Positions 56,402 through 64,000 of a stretch of 64,000 nt of DNA are shown piece after piece. Position numbers and translations under genes: made by a program. Under the pieces are notes generated by a model. It was not told the origin of the DNA. It worked only from the letters and a program-made list of their open reading frames with translations, and searched no databases. The DNA is taken from the NCBI GenBank assembly GCA_963651875.1, contig CAVJSA010000001.1, positions 26,534 through 90,533 on the forward strand. The letters run 5' to 3'. The DNA comes from Lachnospiraceae bacterium. GTDB lineage: Bacteria; Spirochaetota; Spirochaetia; Treponematales; Treponemataceae. Position 1 is the stretch's first letter; each line of letters opens with the position of its first letter.

Positions 56402-56665
56402 ATGACAGACGAAACAACTATCTATGATTATGCAGAACCTGTTTACAGAGTTTTGTTAAGCACAGACCAGCTTCTTGGAATTGGAACAATACCAGTAATG
56501 GCAATAGTTTTAATAACGATTCTTCTTATTAACCTCGTCAGTTTATGGTGTTTCCCAGTCGGAGTTGTTCTGCTTGCTATTGCAAAGTTTGTATGCAAAA
56601 AAGACCCATATATGTTGACGATTATTTTTAACAGAATTTTTTTACCTTCTATTTGGAGAGCATAA
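56402..56665 (+). CDS. trbD: TrbD/VirB3
   Basis: PVYRVL..LLGI, two TM helices, KKDP. Confidence 0.8.
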   Translation: MTDETTIYDYAEPVYRVLLSTDQLLGIGTIPVMAIVLITILLINLVSLWCFPVGVVLLAIAKFVCKKDPYMLTIIFNRIFLPSIWRA

Positions 56666-59260
56666 ATGAAAGCAAGATTTCCAAAGCTGGATTTATTTAA
56701 TGTGTGTAAGGAACTGATGAATCAGCTTAAATATACAACTCCTTACTCGTTAATAATACAGCCTAGCGTCTGTATGCTAAAAAATGGCGCAATAATGACT
56801 ACTTATCAAGTTGAATATCCAGACTTGGAATCTTCTTCTGGTTCATCTATTGCTAATATGGCTGAACTTTTTAACAGAAGCATTATGACTTTAGCGCAGG
56901 ATGAAGGTTGGGCAATCTTTTTTGATGCACGCAGATACAAAACAAAAGACTATCCAGCAGGCAATTATGACAATTTGCTAGGCTGGCTCATTGACCAGAA
57001 ACGTGCAGAAAATTACGAAAAATTCGGTGAACATTTTACTACAGATTATTTCATTACTTTTGTTTATCAGTTGCCAAGCGATGCAGAAGATAAAATTACT
57101 GGAACTTTTATAAAAAAGAACAATAAACCACAACAGGGGCAGCAGCCAGCTTTTGGAAAAACAGGTGTCTTAAATGTTGTTTCTAAGGAAATTGAGCAAT
57201 TCCTTGATGAAGTTGAAAAAGTAATGGGTACTGTAGGAACTAAAATCTGGAATCACAGACTTGATGACTCTCAGTTATTCACCTACATAAAACAAAACGT
57301 AAGTATGGAACAGCAGGAACTTATTTATCCAGACGGAACTTTTTTCTTTCTTGATAATTTTATCTGCGACCAAGACGTGCACACTACAATGCCCCTAAAA
57401 ATCGGTAAACAGTATGTTTGTGTTTTATCGGTAATGGATTTTCCTATGAAAACCTATCCTGCAATTTTTGATCGCCTAAACCGAACAATGCAGGAATACC
57501 GCTGGACTACAAGATACATTCCTTTGTCTAAAGAATCTTCAACAAAAGAAGCCGACAAATACCAGAAAAAAATGTACTCAAGCAGAAAAAGTTTAGGCAC
57601 ACTTCTTACAGAAATGGCTGCCAACGTTGAAATTGACCGTGAAAATCAAGGCGCAATCGAAATGGAAAGCGAAGCTGCACGGATTCAAGGTGATATTGCT
57701 TTAGGTGAATACACACTCGGCTATTACACAAGCAATATTATGTGCTGGGATTCTAATCTAAAAGTTGTAAAAGAAAAGACAAGAAAATTGCAGCAGATTG
57801 TTCGTTCCTGTGGTTTTTCAACAAAAGAAGAAACTTGGAACAATGTAGAAGCGTGGGAAGGTATGATGGCTGGCAATGTTTACGCAAACATAAGACGACC
57901 TTTAATTTCTACACGCAACTTGTCGCATATCATTCCTTTAAGTTCAGCGTGGGAAGGTATGCTTTACAACGATTTTACGCAAGAAACCTGCGGAAGTGCA
58001 GTTCCGCTTTTAATCTGTTCAACAAGTTACGGAACACCATTTTTTCTAAATCTTAATGTTAGAGATGTCGGACACACTTTCGTGTTCGGCCCGACAGGTG
58101 CTGGTAAATCAACGCTTTTAGCTTTAATGATGGCGCAAGCACTTAAATACAAAGATGCAAATATCATTTGTATTGATAAACAGCTTTCAAGCAGGGCTGT
58201 AATGGTTGCAGGCGGTGGTGTTTACGTTGAACCTGCAAAAGATGATGTTGCTTTTCAACCGCTGTCTGAATTACTAAATCCAGAAGAATGTAGCGAAAGT
58301 GAATATCGGGAAAGCATTATGTGGTGTCAGCAATTTATTGAAGGCTTGCTTGCTCAGCAAAATATCGAAACTACACCACAGATGAGTAAGGCAATCAATG
58401 AAACTCTAGTTCTTTTATCCCAGAAAGACGATTCAATGCACGATTTAACTTCGTTTCAAGGTTATGCAAATTACACGGATTCCCAAGGCAATAATACAAT
58501 AAGAATCGGACTTGACCCTTATTGTCGTGGTGGAGCTTTTGGCGCAATTTTTGACGCAGACAAAACAACTCTTAATTTGTCAAAACTTATGACAATCGAA
58601 ATGGGAAGTTTAATGCGCCTAAGTGAAAAAGCAGTTGCCCCAGCTTTAATGTACATTTTCCGTTACCTTGAAAAATTATGGACAGTACCGCACGGAGAAC
58701 ATCAGCCTTTAACTTTTTTGTTTCTTGACGAAGCGTGGCTTTATTTACAGCACCCGATTTTTGCAGGCTTTTTACAGGAATGGTTGAGAACTTTACGAAA
58801 GAAAAAGGTTTTCTGTATTTTTGCAACGCAGGAAGTAAGTGCAGCTTCAAAAAGTTCATTGCGAGATACGATTGTTCAGCAGTGTCTTACTAAAATTTAT
58901 CTTGCAGATGAATCTGCATTATCACTTGCAGAAAGTTATTCTGATTTTGGACTTACCGATAGTGAAATTTCAGCTTTAAGCCAAGCAACTATGAAACGTG
59001 ATTATTACTTTAAGAATCCGAACGGTTGCCGTATGTTTACACTTGATTTAGACCCATTCCAGCTTGCTCTTATTTCAAGCGACCACGAACTGCTTGATAA
59101 TCTTGAAAACAGATACGGCAGGAATACAACAGAACCGCTTGCTTTTGAATTGCTTGACGCAACAGCCGAAAAATACAGACAGATTGGCAAAGACAGTCGC
59201 TGTTTAGACTACAAAAAATATAAAGATTATATTCACGAACTTGCAAGCAAAGGAGTTTAA
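56666..59260 (+). CDS. trbE: T4SS ATPase TrbE/VirB4
   Basis: DVGHTFVFGPTGAGKS, FLDEAW, EWLRTLRKK, FATQ. Confidence 0.95.
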   Translation: MKARFPKLDLFNVCKELMNQLKYTTPYSLIIQPSVCMLKNGAIMTTYQVEYPDLESSSGSSIANMAELFNRSIMTLAQDEGWAIFFDARRYKTKDYPAGNYDNLLGWLIDQKRAENYEKFGEHFTTDYFITFVYQLPSDAEDKITGTFIKKNNKPQQGQQPAFGKTGVLNVVSKEIEQFLDEVEKVMGTVGTKIWNHRLDDSQLFTYIKQNVSMEQQELIYPDGTFFFLDNFICDQDVHTTMPLKIGKQYVCVLSVMDFPMKTYPAIFDRLNRTMQEYRWTTRYIPLSKESSTKEADKYQKKMYSSRKSLGTLLTEMAANVEIDRENQGAIEMESEAARIQGDIALGEYTLGYYTSNIMCWDSNLKVVKEKTRKLQQIVRSCGFSTKEETWNNVEAWEGMMAGNVYANIRRPLISTRNLSHIIPLSSAWEGMLYNDFTQETCGSAVPLLICSTSYGTPFFLNLNVRDVGHTFVFGPTGAGKSTLLALMMAQALKYKDANIICIDKQLSSRAVMVAGGGVYVEPAKDDVAFQPLSELLNPEECSESEYRESIMWCQQFIEGLLAQQNIETTPQMSKAINETLVLLSQKDDSMHDLTSFQGYANYTDSQGNNTIRIGLDPYCRGGAFGAIFDADKTTLNLSKLMTIEMGSLMRLSEKAVAPALMYIFRYLEKLWTVPHGEHQPLTFLFLDEAWLYLQHPIFAGFLQEWLRTLRKKKVFCIFATQEVSAASKSSLRDTIVQQCLTKIYLADESALSLAESYSDFGLTDSEISALSQATMKRDYYFKNPNGCRMFTLDLDPFQLALISSDHELLDNLENRYGRNTTEPLAFELLDATAEKYRQIGKDSRCLDYKKYKDYIHELASKGV

Positions 59261-59262
59261 AA

Positions 59263-60180
59263 ATGAAAAAGACAATAAGTTTAGTTCTTTTAAGTCTTGG
59301 GCTTTTTACAAAAGCGTTTTGTGGTGGTTATCCAGTATTTGACGTGTCAAATTGGCTTCAAGGACTTGATACGTTTTATACCACTTACGATATGTTAATG
59401 AATACCGTAACCCAGATTGAAAATCAGTATAAACAGATTCAACAGGCTGTCGAAAATGCAAAATCTATTGATTGGGATAATATTGAATTTGAAGGCGGAT
59501 TCGATATTAGAGATGATATTAAAAAAGTAAACAGAAGAATAAACCGAAGTTTAACGCAGGCAAATCGAATAAAAGACGCATTAACACAGGATACACTTCA
59601 AGTAGGTGATAATCGTTATTCTGTTGCCGACCTTTGCGGAAAAGGCGACCCAGACAAAAATCTTGCAAGAATTGGTGGTGAATATATCGGTTTTTTAACA
59701 GCCAATGCTCAAAAAACATTAAACGATATGGAAAAAGGTTTAACAAAAAAGCAAAAAGAAGCAATCTGGCAAAAATATGGTATTTCACCAAAGAACTATC
59801 TTTTAGTAGACCAGACAAAAAATTTTTTTAAGAGTGAAGCAGAAAAATTGATTCAAAAAGTTCAGCCAGCTATTACAGAGTTAGAACAGCAGGAAGAAGA
59901 AGCAGAAGATAGTGCACTTGAACAGGCTGTAAAATCACAGACAGATTCAAACGGAAACGTTACAGAAGGTTCCGATAGAGAAGGTACAAGAATTCTTTTA
60001 AGCCGCTTAAAAGAAAAATTTAGTCAACTTATAGACGATTTTAATGCTGGAGTTGCAATGTATTGCTCAAAAGTAATGGCAGACGAAGCACAAAAAGAAA
60101 CAGAAAAAGACGCAGCGGCATCGGCAGCAGAAACTAGCAATAATCAGCAAAGTAAAGTTGGTTCTAACTTTAAAAAATAA
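59263..60180 (+). CDS. trbJ: TrbJ/VirB5-like protein
   Basis: Signal peptide followed by PVFDVSN..QIENQ. Confidence 0.7.
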   Translation: MKKTISLVLLSLGLFTKAFCGGYPVFDVSNWLQGLDTFYTTYDMLMNTVTQIENQYKQIQQAVENAKSIDWDNIEFEGGFDIRDDIKKVNRRINRSLTQANRIKDALTQDTLQVGDNRYSVADLCGKGDPDKNLARIGGEYIGFLTANAQKTLNDMEKGLTKKQKEAIWQKYGISPKNYLLVDQTKNFFKSEAEKLIQKVQPAITELEQQEEEAEDSALEQAVKSQTDSNGNVTEGSDREGTRILLSRLKEKFSQLIDDFNAGVAMYCSKVMADEAQKETEKDAAASAAETSNNQQSKVGSNFKK

Positions 60181-60189
60181 GGAATTTTT

Positions 60190-62103
60190 ATGTCTTGGGT
60201 AGATTCTCCAGTATTATCGGCTTTTGAATATTTTAGCGGTGTAATGGCTACTTGTTATAATTGGGCGGTTAAATACGCTGCACTTTTTGGAACAATCGGA
60301 CTTGTCTGGCTGGCACTAAAACTTATTCTTAATAGAGAACAGGTAAAAAATGCGTGGTGGGATATTTTTTTTAAGTGGCTTGGTTTTGTTCTTGCAATGA
60401 CATTTTATCCAATGCTGTGTTTTGGTATGTCCAGTATCGGACACGAAATCGGTTTAACTGCAGGTGCTGGAAAAACAGTTGTTATAAGCGAACTAAAAAA
60501 ATTAAAGTCAGCGTGTGTAAAAGATTTACAACTTCAAAAAAAATGGGCAGAAGACCTTGTTGATGATATAGCAACTTCTGTAAATGATTTTTCTTTTAAT
60601 GCAAAATTTGAAAATACTTATAATTATGAAGATTTTTTAAATTCTCTAAAGTCTGAAGTTAAAAGCTATAACTGGAGCTGGAGTCAAAGTTCTGAAAAAA
60701 AAACTATTGAATCAAAAATAAAACAATACAGAGAAAATTCTCCAGATTTTAATGCACATAGTGCTGCAACTTTGGCAATTCTGAATAAAATTCTTGTTGA
60801 ACGTAATCTTGACGGAACAAGCGGTGATGATTTAACAAGTTCTTATATTGACCTTGATATTTTCTTAAAAGACGCAGACGGAAATGAAACAAATTATATT
60901 TCTGCAGCGGCACTTTTGCGCCTTGTTGCCTTAACAGCAACAGTTATGCAGGAAAAAACTGAAGTAATATATAACAATGTAAGCGATTCTGTAGCCGCAG
61001 AAGATATTGGTTTTATAAAAAGCGTAGCTGGAAACATTAAAAATTATTTCAATAAATTTCTTTCAATCTTAGAATGTTTTTTTTGTATTATAATTTTATT
61101 TTCTGCAACGGTTTTTTGTGCTATTCAATATGAAATGACGATTATTGAATACATCATTGTTACAGGACTTTTTGCAGTTTTTATGCCGTTAATGCTTTTT
61201 GATGGAACAAAGGATATTCCTAAAAAGTTTGTACCTGTATTAACAGCGTTTTTAATGAAAATAATAGTAATGACCTTATGTCTTATGTTTGTTTTTTACA
61301 TTATGGTTCAAATGTGTGTAAACGAAATGAAATATGACGGTGGTATGAATTTAACAAAAATTCTTGAAGTTCTTCTTTATAGTTTTCTTTGCTTTATTTT
61401 AACACAAAATGCACCAAAAATTGCTCAGACAATTATGACAGGTCAGCCACAGTTAAGTATGGGAGAAGCAATGCAGGCTGTTGGAAGTATGGGAGCTGGA
61501 GTGGCACTTGGTGTAAAAGGTGCAAAATTAGGTAAAAAGGCTGGTGTTGGTGCTGCAAAATTTACTGGTGCGGTTGGCAGGAAAATTGGAAACGGAATTG
61601 GTAGCGGAATAACTAAATTTGGGCAAATAAAGAGTGCTGTAAAAGGTGCTAAACAAGGCGTAAGAGATGTTGTAAGTCAAAATAAAGGTACATTTAGTGC
61701 AAAAGAAGCTAAAAAACTTGAAAACAGGGCTGCAAGAAGGGCGCTTGGGCGTGAATTAGTATTAGACCCATTAAACAATATGAAAAACGGAGTTGCTGGC
61801 GGAATAAATAACTTCTTCCATAATAATTCTAATAAAACTGCTGGTTCTGGTGGTGGAATGTCAAAAAGTGAAAGAAATCCTTATTCTAATCCAAACAGGA
61901 CTTTTAAAACTTCAAGAACAGCAGACGGAAAAAATGAAAAATTTTTGGATTTTAGTAAAAGACGAGCTAATGAAAGTTCAGAAAGGGCTAAAAATAATGC
62001 TACCAATTATGCAAATAAAGCTGTTGAAAAAAAACAGGAAGAAAAGAAACAATCAGATATTTCCGACCTTGCAACAGACAACAGAGCTTATGGCGAAGAT
62101 TAG
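60190..62103 (+). CDS. trbL: TrbL/VirB6
   Basis: Multi-TM core, IIEYII, APKIAQTIMTGQPQL, Gly/Ala-rich tail. Confidence 0.8.
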   Translation: MSWVDSPVLSAFEYFSGVMATCYNWAVKYAALFGTIGLVWLALKLILNREQVKNAWWDIFFKWLGFVLAMTFYPMLCFGMSSIGHEIGLTAGAGKTVVISELKKLKSACVKDLQLQKKWAEDLVDDIATSVNDFSFNAKFENTYNYEDFLNSLKSEVKSYNWSWSQSSEKKTIESKIKQYRENSPDFNAHSAATLAILNKILVERNLDGTSGDDLTSSYIDLDIFLKDADGNETNYISAAALLRLVALTATVMQEKTEVIYNNVSDSVAAEDIGFIKSVAGNIKNYFNKFLSILECFFCIIILFSATVFCAIQYEMTIIEYIIVTGLFAVFMPLMLFDGTKDIPKKFVPVLTAFLMKIIVMTLCLMFVFYIMVQMCVNEMKYDGGMNLTKILEVLLYSFLCFILTQNAPKIAQTIMTGQPQLSMGEAMQAVGSMGAGVALGVKGAKLGKKAGVGAAKFTGAVGRKIGNGIGSGITKFGQIKSAVKGAKQGVRDVVSQNKGTFSAKEAKKLENRAARRALGRELVLDPLNNMKNGVAGGINNFFHNNSNKTAGSGGGMSKSERNPYSNPNRTFKTSRTADGKNEKFLDFSKRRANESSERAKNNATNYANKAVEKKQEEKKQSDISDLATDNRAYGED

Positions 62104-62110
62104 TTAAAGC

Positions 62111-62150
62111 AAAAAAAAAGCTATGCTCTATTTTGAACATAGCTTTTTTT
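62111..62150. terminator. bidirectional intrinsic terminator
   Basis: A9-GCTATG...CATAGC-T7 between convergent genes. Confidence 0.8.
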
Positions 62151-62154
62151 GTTT

Positions 62155-62379
62155 TTATTTACCCCTCTTATCATTCACAATACTCAAAATTATTCCAATT
62201 ATAATCGTCAAAACAAAAAGTACGCCAATTCCTATTAACCCAATTTTTGCTATATGAATTACATCTTGAAAAAAGGTCGTATGATAAACGAGATGATTAT
62301 AAAATTTTATAACGCATCTTGCCCCAAAAACAAAAGCACAAAAAATCATTATAAGATAGCTACCAATTATCATTAACAT
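62155..62379 (-). CDS. small two-TM membrane protein
   Basis: 74 aa, GGAGG RBS, own promoter and terminator. Confidence 0.7.
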   Translation of the reverse strand: MLMIIGSYLIMIFCAFVFGARCVIKFYNHLVYHTTFFQDVIHIAKIGLIGIGVLFVLTIIIGIILSIVNDKRGK

Positions 62380-62410
62380 ATAAAACCTCCAGAAGAATTA
62401 TTTCTTACAT

Positions 62411-62465
62411 TTAAGAGCATATTACCTTATCTTGAAAAAAGCAACTATTTTTTCTAGTTTTTTTA
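62411..62465 (-). promoter_or_regulatory. sigma70-type promoter, copy 2 of the duplicated block
   Basis: TTGCTT-17 nt-TATGCT; near-identical to 52074-52128. Confidence 0.7.
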
Positions 62466-63200
62466 CATAAATATTTGCTGAATTGCTGTTAAAACTGTGC
62501 TTATTGTTTTTTCATCAAGACTTTCAATTAGTGCTGGAGGATTTTTATAGCAATATGTATTTATCGAATGATAGTTTATGTAGCCTTTTGTCGATAAATT
62601 TTCTAGTTTTAAGCCTTTTTCACAAGTTTGTGTAATATTGCAGCCTATAAAACTGTGTTCTTTTTCGTTTTGAATTTTGTTTGAAAGTACAAATACGCAG
62701 GTGTTATCAATACTTACAATATCACCTCGTTTTGCAACATAATTTTGTAAAACAGGAATATCACCGTCTGTAAAAAAATCTATGGGATTTACTTCCAGAC
62801 ACGCTTTTTTTATAAGTTCAACTGTTGGTTTTGCCCGATATGCAACAAAAATATTATAAGCCGACAGTTCAGAAAGTCCGTATTTTTCGCCAGTTGCCCT
62901 ATAGTCAAATTTATGCTGTTTTACAAATTTGCATATATTTTCAGCATTCCACTGTGGCACAAGTTGTGGAGGATAGGGAAGTTGTTCATCTGTAAAAAAC
63001 AGCCATTCTATCGGTGCTATTAAATGACATACAGAACTTATTATTCTGTAGGAAGGAAGTTGCTCTCCAAATGCAAGGCGATACATTGCCGAATGAGTAA
63101 GTCCATTGGCAGCGCACCATTTTCTTAACTCCCGATTTTCAATAAGTTTAATGATTTTTTGTTGTGCATACGTAATGCGAGAAGGAACAGGTTTTAACAT
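62463..63200 (-). CDS. tandem HTH-like domains fused to a PemK/MazF-like domain
   Basis: Two similar units (GLT/GLS..Y..P(S/T)..I..P(I)(E/D)(W/F)..T(D)); C-terminal KRGDIV..VLSN..N..IGCNIT. Confidence 0.55.
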   Translation of the reverse strand: MLKPVPSRITYAQQKIIKLIENRELRKWCAANGLTHSAMYRLAFGEQLPSYRIISSVCHLIAPIEWLFFTDEQLPYPPQLVPQWNAENICKFVKQHKFDYRATGEKYGLSELSAYNIFVAYRAKPTVELIKKACLEVNPIDFFTDGDIPVLQNYVAKRGDIVSIDNTCVFVLSNKIQNEKEHSFIGCNITQTCEKGLKLENLSTKGYINYHSINTYCYKNPPALIESLDEKTISTVLTAIQQIFM

Positions 63201-63301
63201 AGTTTTATCCCAAAATTCTTATTATGAAACAGCAAAATGCTGTTAAAAAAAAACAAAAAGATTTTAATACATTATTTTCGATAAAACAATATTGCAAAAT
63301 T

Positions 63302-63321
63302 GAACCGACACGTGTCGGTCG
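63302..63321. repeat. isolated palindrome copy
   Basis: GAACCGACACGTGTCGGTCG between the PilZ gene and the HTH-PemK gene. Confidence 0.95.
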
Positions 63322-63328
63322 AAAGGTT

Positions 63329-64000
63329 TTATTCTTCCTGCTGGAGCATTTTTATAACTCTGCTTTTCCATTGCAGATGAATAGGCTCAAGAATCTGACA
63401 GGAAATATTTAAGAATTTTTTTTCGCCAGTATTTGTTACTCGTGATTGTACTTGATGAAGAAGAAGAATGATTGTTTCTTTTGGATTTTCAAATTCAAGT
63501 TTTAATTTAAAAAGGGCAGTGTGTTTTAATAATTCTTCATTGTATAAAGTTAAAAGTTGAATTCCGTGTATGCTTACATCTACAAGCACGCAAGGTTGAA
63601 TTAACTTTATTCCTTCAAAAAAAATATATTGTTCCATTTTTTCAAGACCGAGATTTTTGTAATTTGCTGAATTGATTTTTATTCTTTTTTCTTTTCGTCT
63701 TGAAAAATGGGTAAAAATTATTTCCAGTTCAGAAAGTGTTTTTAATATTGAATTAAAACTTTCGCTTTTATATTTATCTTTTACATTTACACAACAGTAA
63801 TTATAACCGACTTCAATTACCGTTACTTGAACATCTGTATTTGCTTCTGGATTATCCTTAAAGTTTATGTGCAGATTTATTACATCGTTAATATTGAATT
63901 CTGTTGGACTTCCTGTAAAAAAAGTCCATTTTTGTTTTTCTACCTGTTGCAGGGTACAAAGTATTGATTGGCTTCCTTTATTAAAACTTAACGAGGCAAT
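63329..64000 (-). CDS. PilZ-like domain protein (5' end outside window)
   Basis: The minus frame is open from 64000 into ORF 63329-63637 and contains RRKEKR (RxxxR) and DVSIHG (DxSxxG). Confidence 0.6.
   Translation of the reverse strand: MASLSFNKGSQSILCTLQQVEKQKWTFFTGSPTEFNINDVINLHINFKDNPEANTDVQVTVIEVGYNYCCVNVKDKYKSESFNSILKTLSELEIIFTHFSRRKEKRIKINSANYKNLGLEKMEQYIFFEGIKLIQPCVLVDVSIHGIQLLTLYNEELLKHTALFKLKLEFENPKETIILLLHQVQSRVTNTGEKKFLNISCQILEPIHLQWKSRVIKMLQQEE

Larger units (their letters stand above)
32854..64000. mobile_element. integrative conjugative element with P-type T4SS; right end outside window
   Basis: Tyrosine recombinase, TopB, relaxase, VirD4 and VirB2/3/4/5/6/8/9/10/11 homologues; element-restricted palindrome; dif-like boundary. 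Confidence 0.88.

Overview
AT-rich bacterial DNA, most likely from a Treponema-like spirochaete. This is inferred from the gene content (spirochaete-type lipoboxes, FemX, a PilZ/HEAT/ComEC/ksgA/yggS block, a divergent Rnf-like cluster). Bases 1 to ~32.8 kb are ordinary chromosomal genes: pcnB, RluA-family synthases, Rnf-like genes, a GH57-like protein, metG, rnz, a Gld-like ABC system, rsmA, yggS, and gabT with a 4-hydroxybutyrate dehydrogenase. A 28-bp dif-like XerC/D site sits at 32854-32881, and directly after it an integrative conjugative element runs off the right end of the window. The element encodes a Xer-like tyrosine recombinase, topoisomerase III, a VirD2-like relaxase, a split P-type (Trb/VirB) T4SS with VirD4, a 2006-aa Ig-repeat lipoprotein, an HTH-HTH-PemK-like protein and a PilZ protein. 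The strongest unexplained signal is an invariant 16-bp perfect palindrome, ACCGACACGTGTCGGT. I count 17 full copies, all inside the element and 15 of them within ~7.2 kb next to the dif-like end. They lie at gene boundaries, directly 5' of ribosome-binding sites, and in-frame inside topB, the relaxase and Rep-like genes. The same region carries three proteins that look like catalytically dead rolling-circle Rep (HUH) proteins. All family assignments come from motif recognition by eye; no searches were run.
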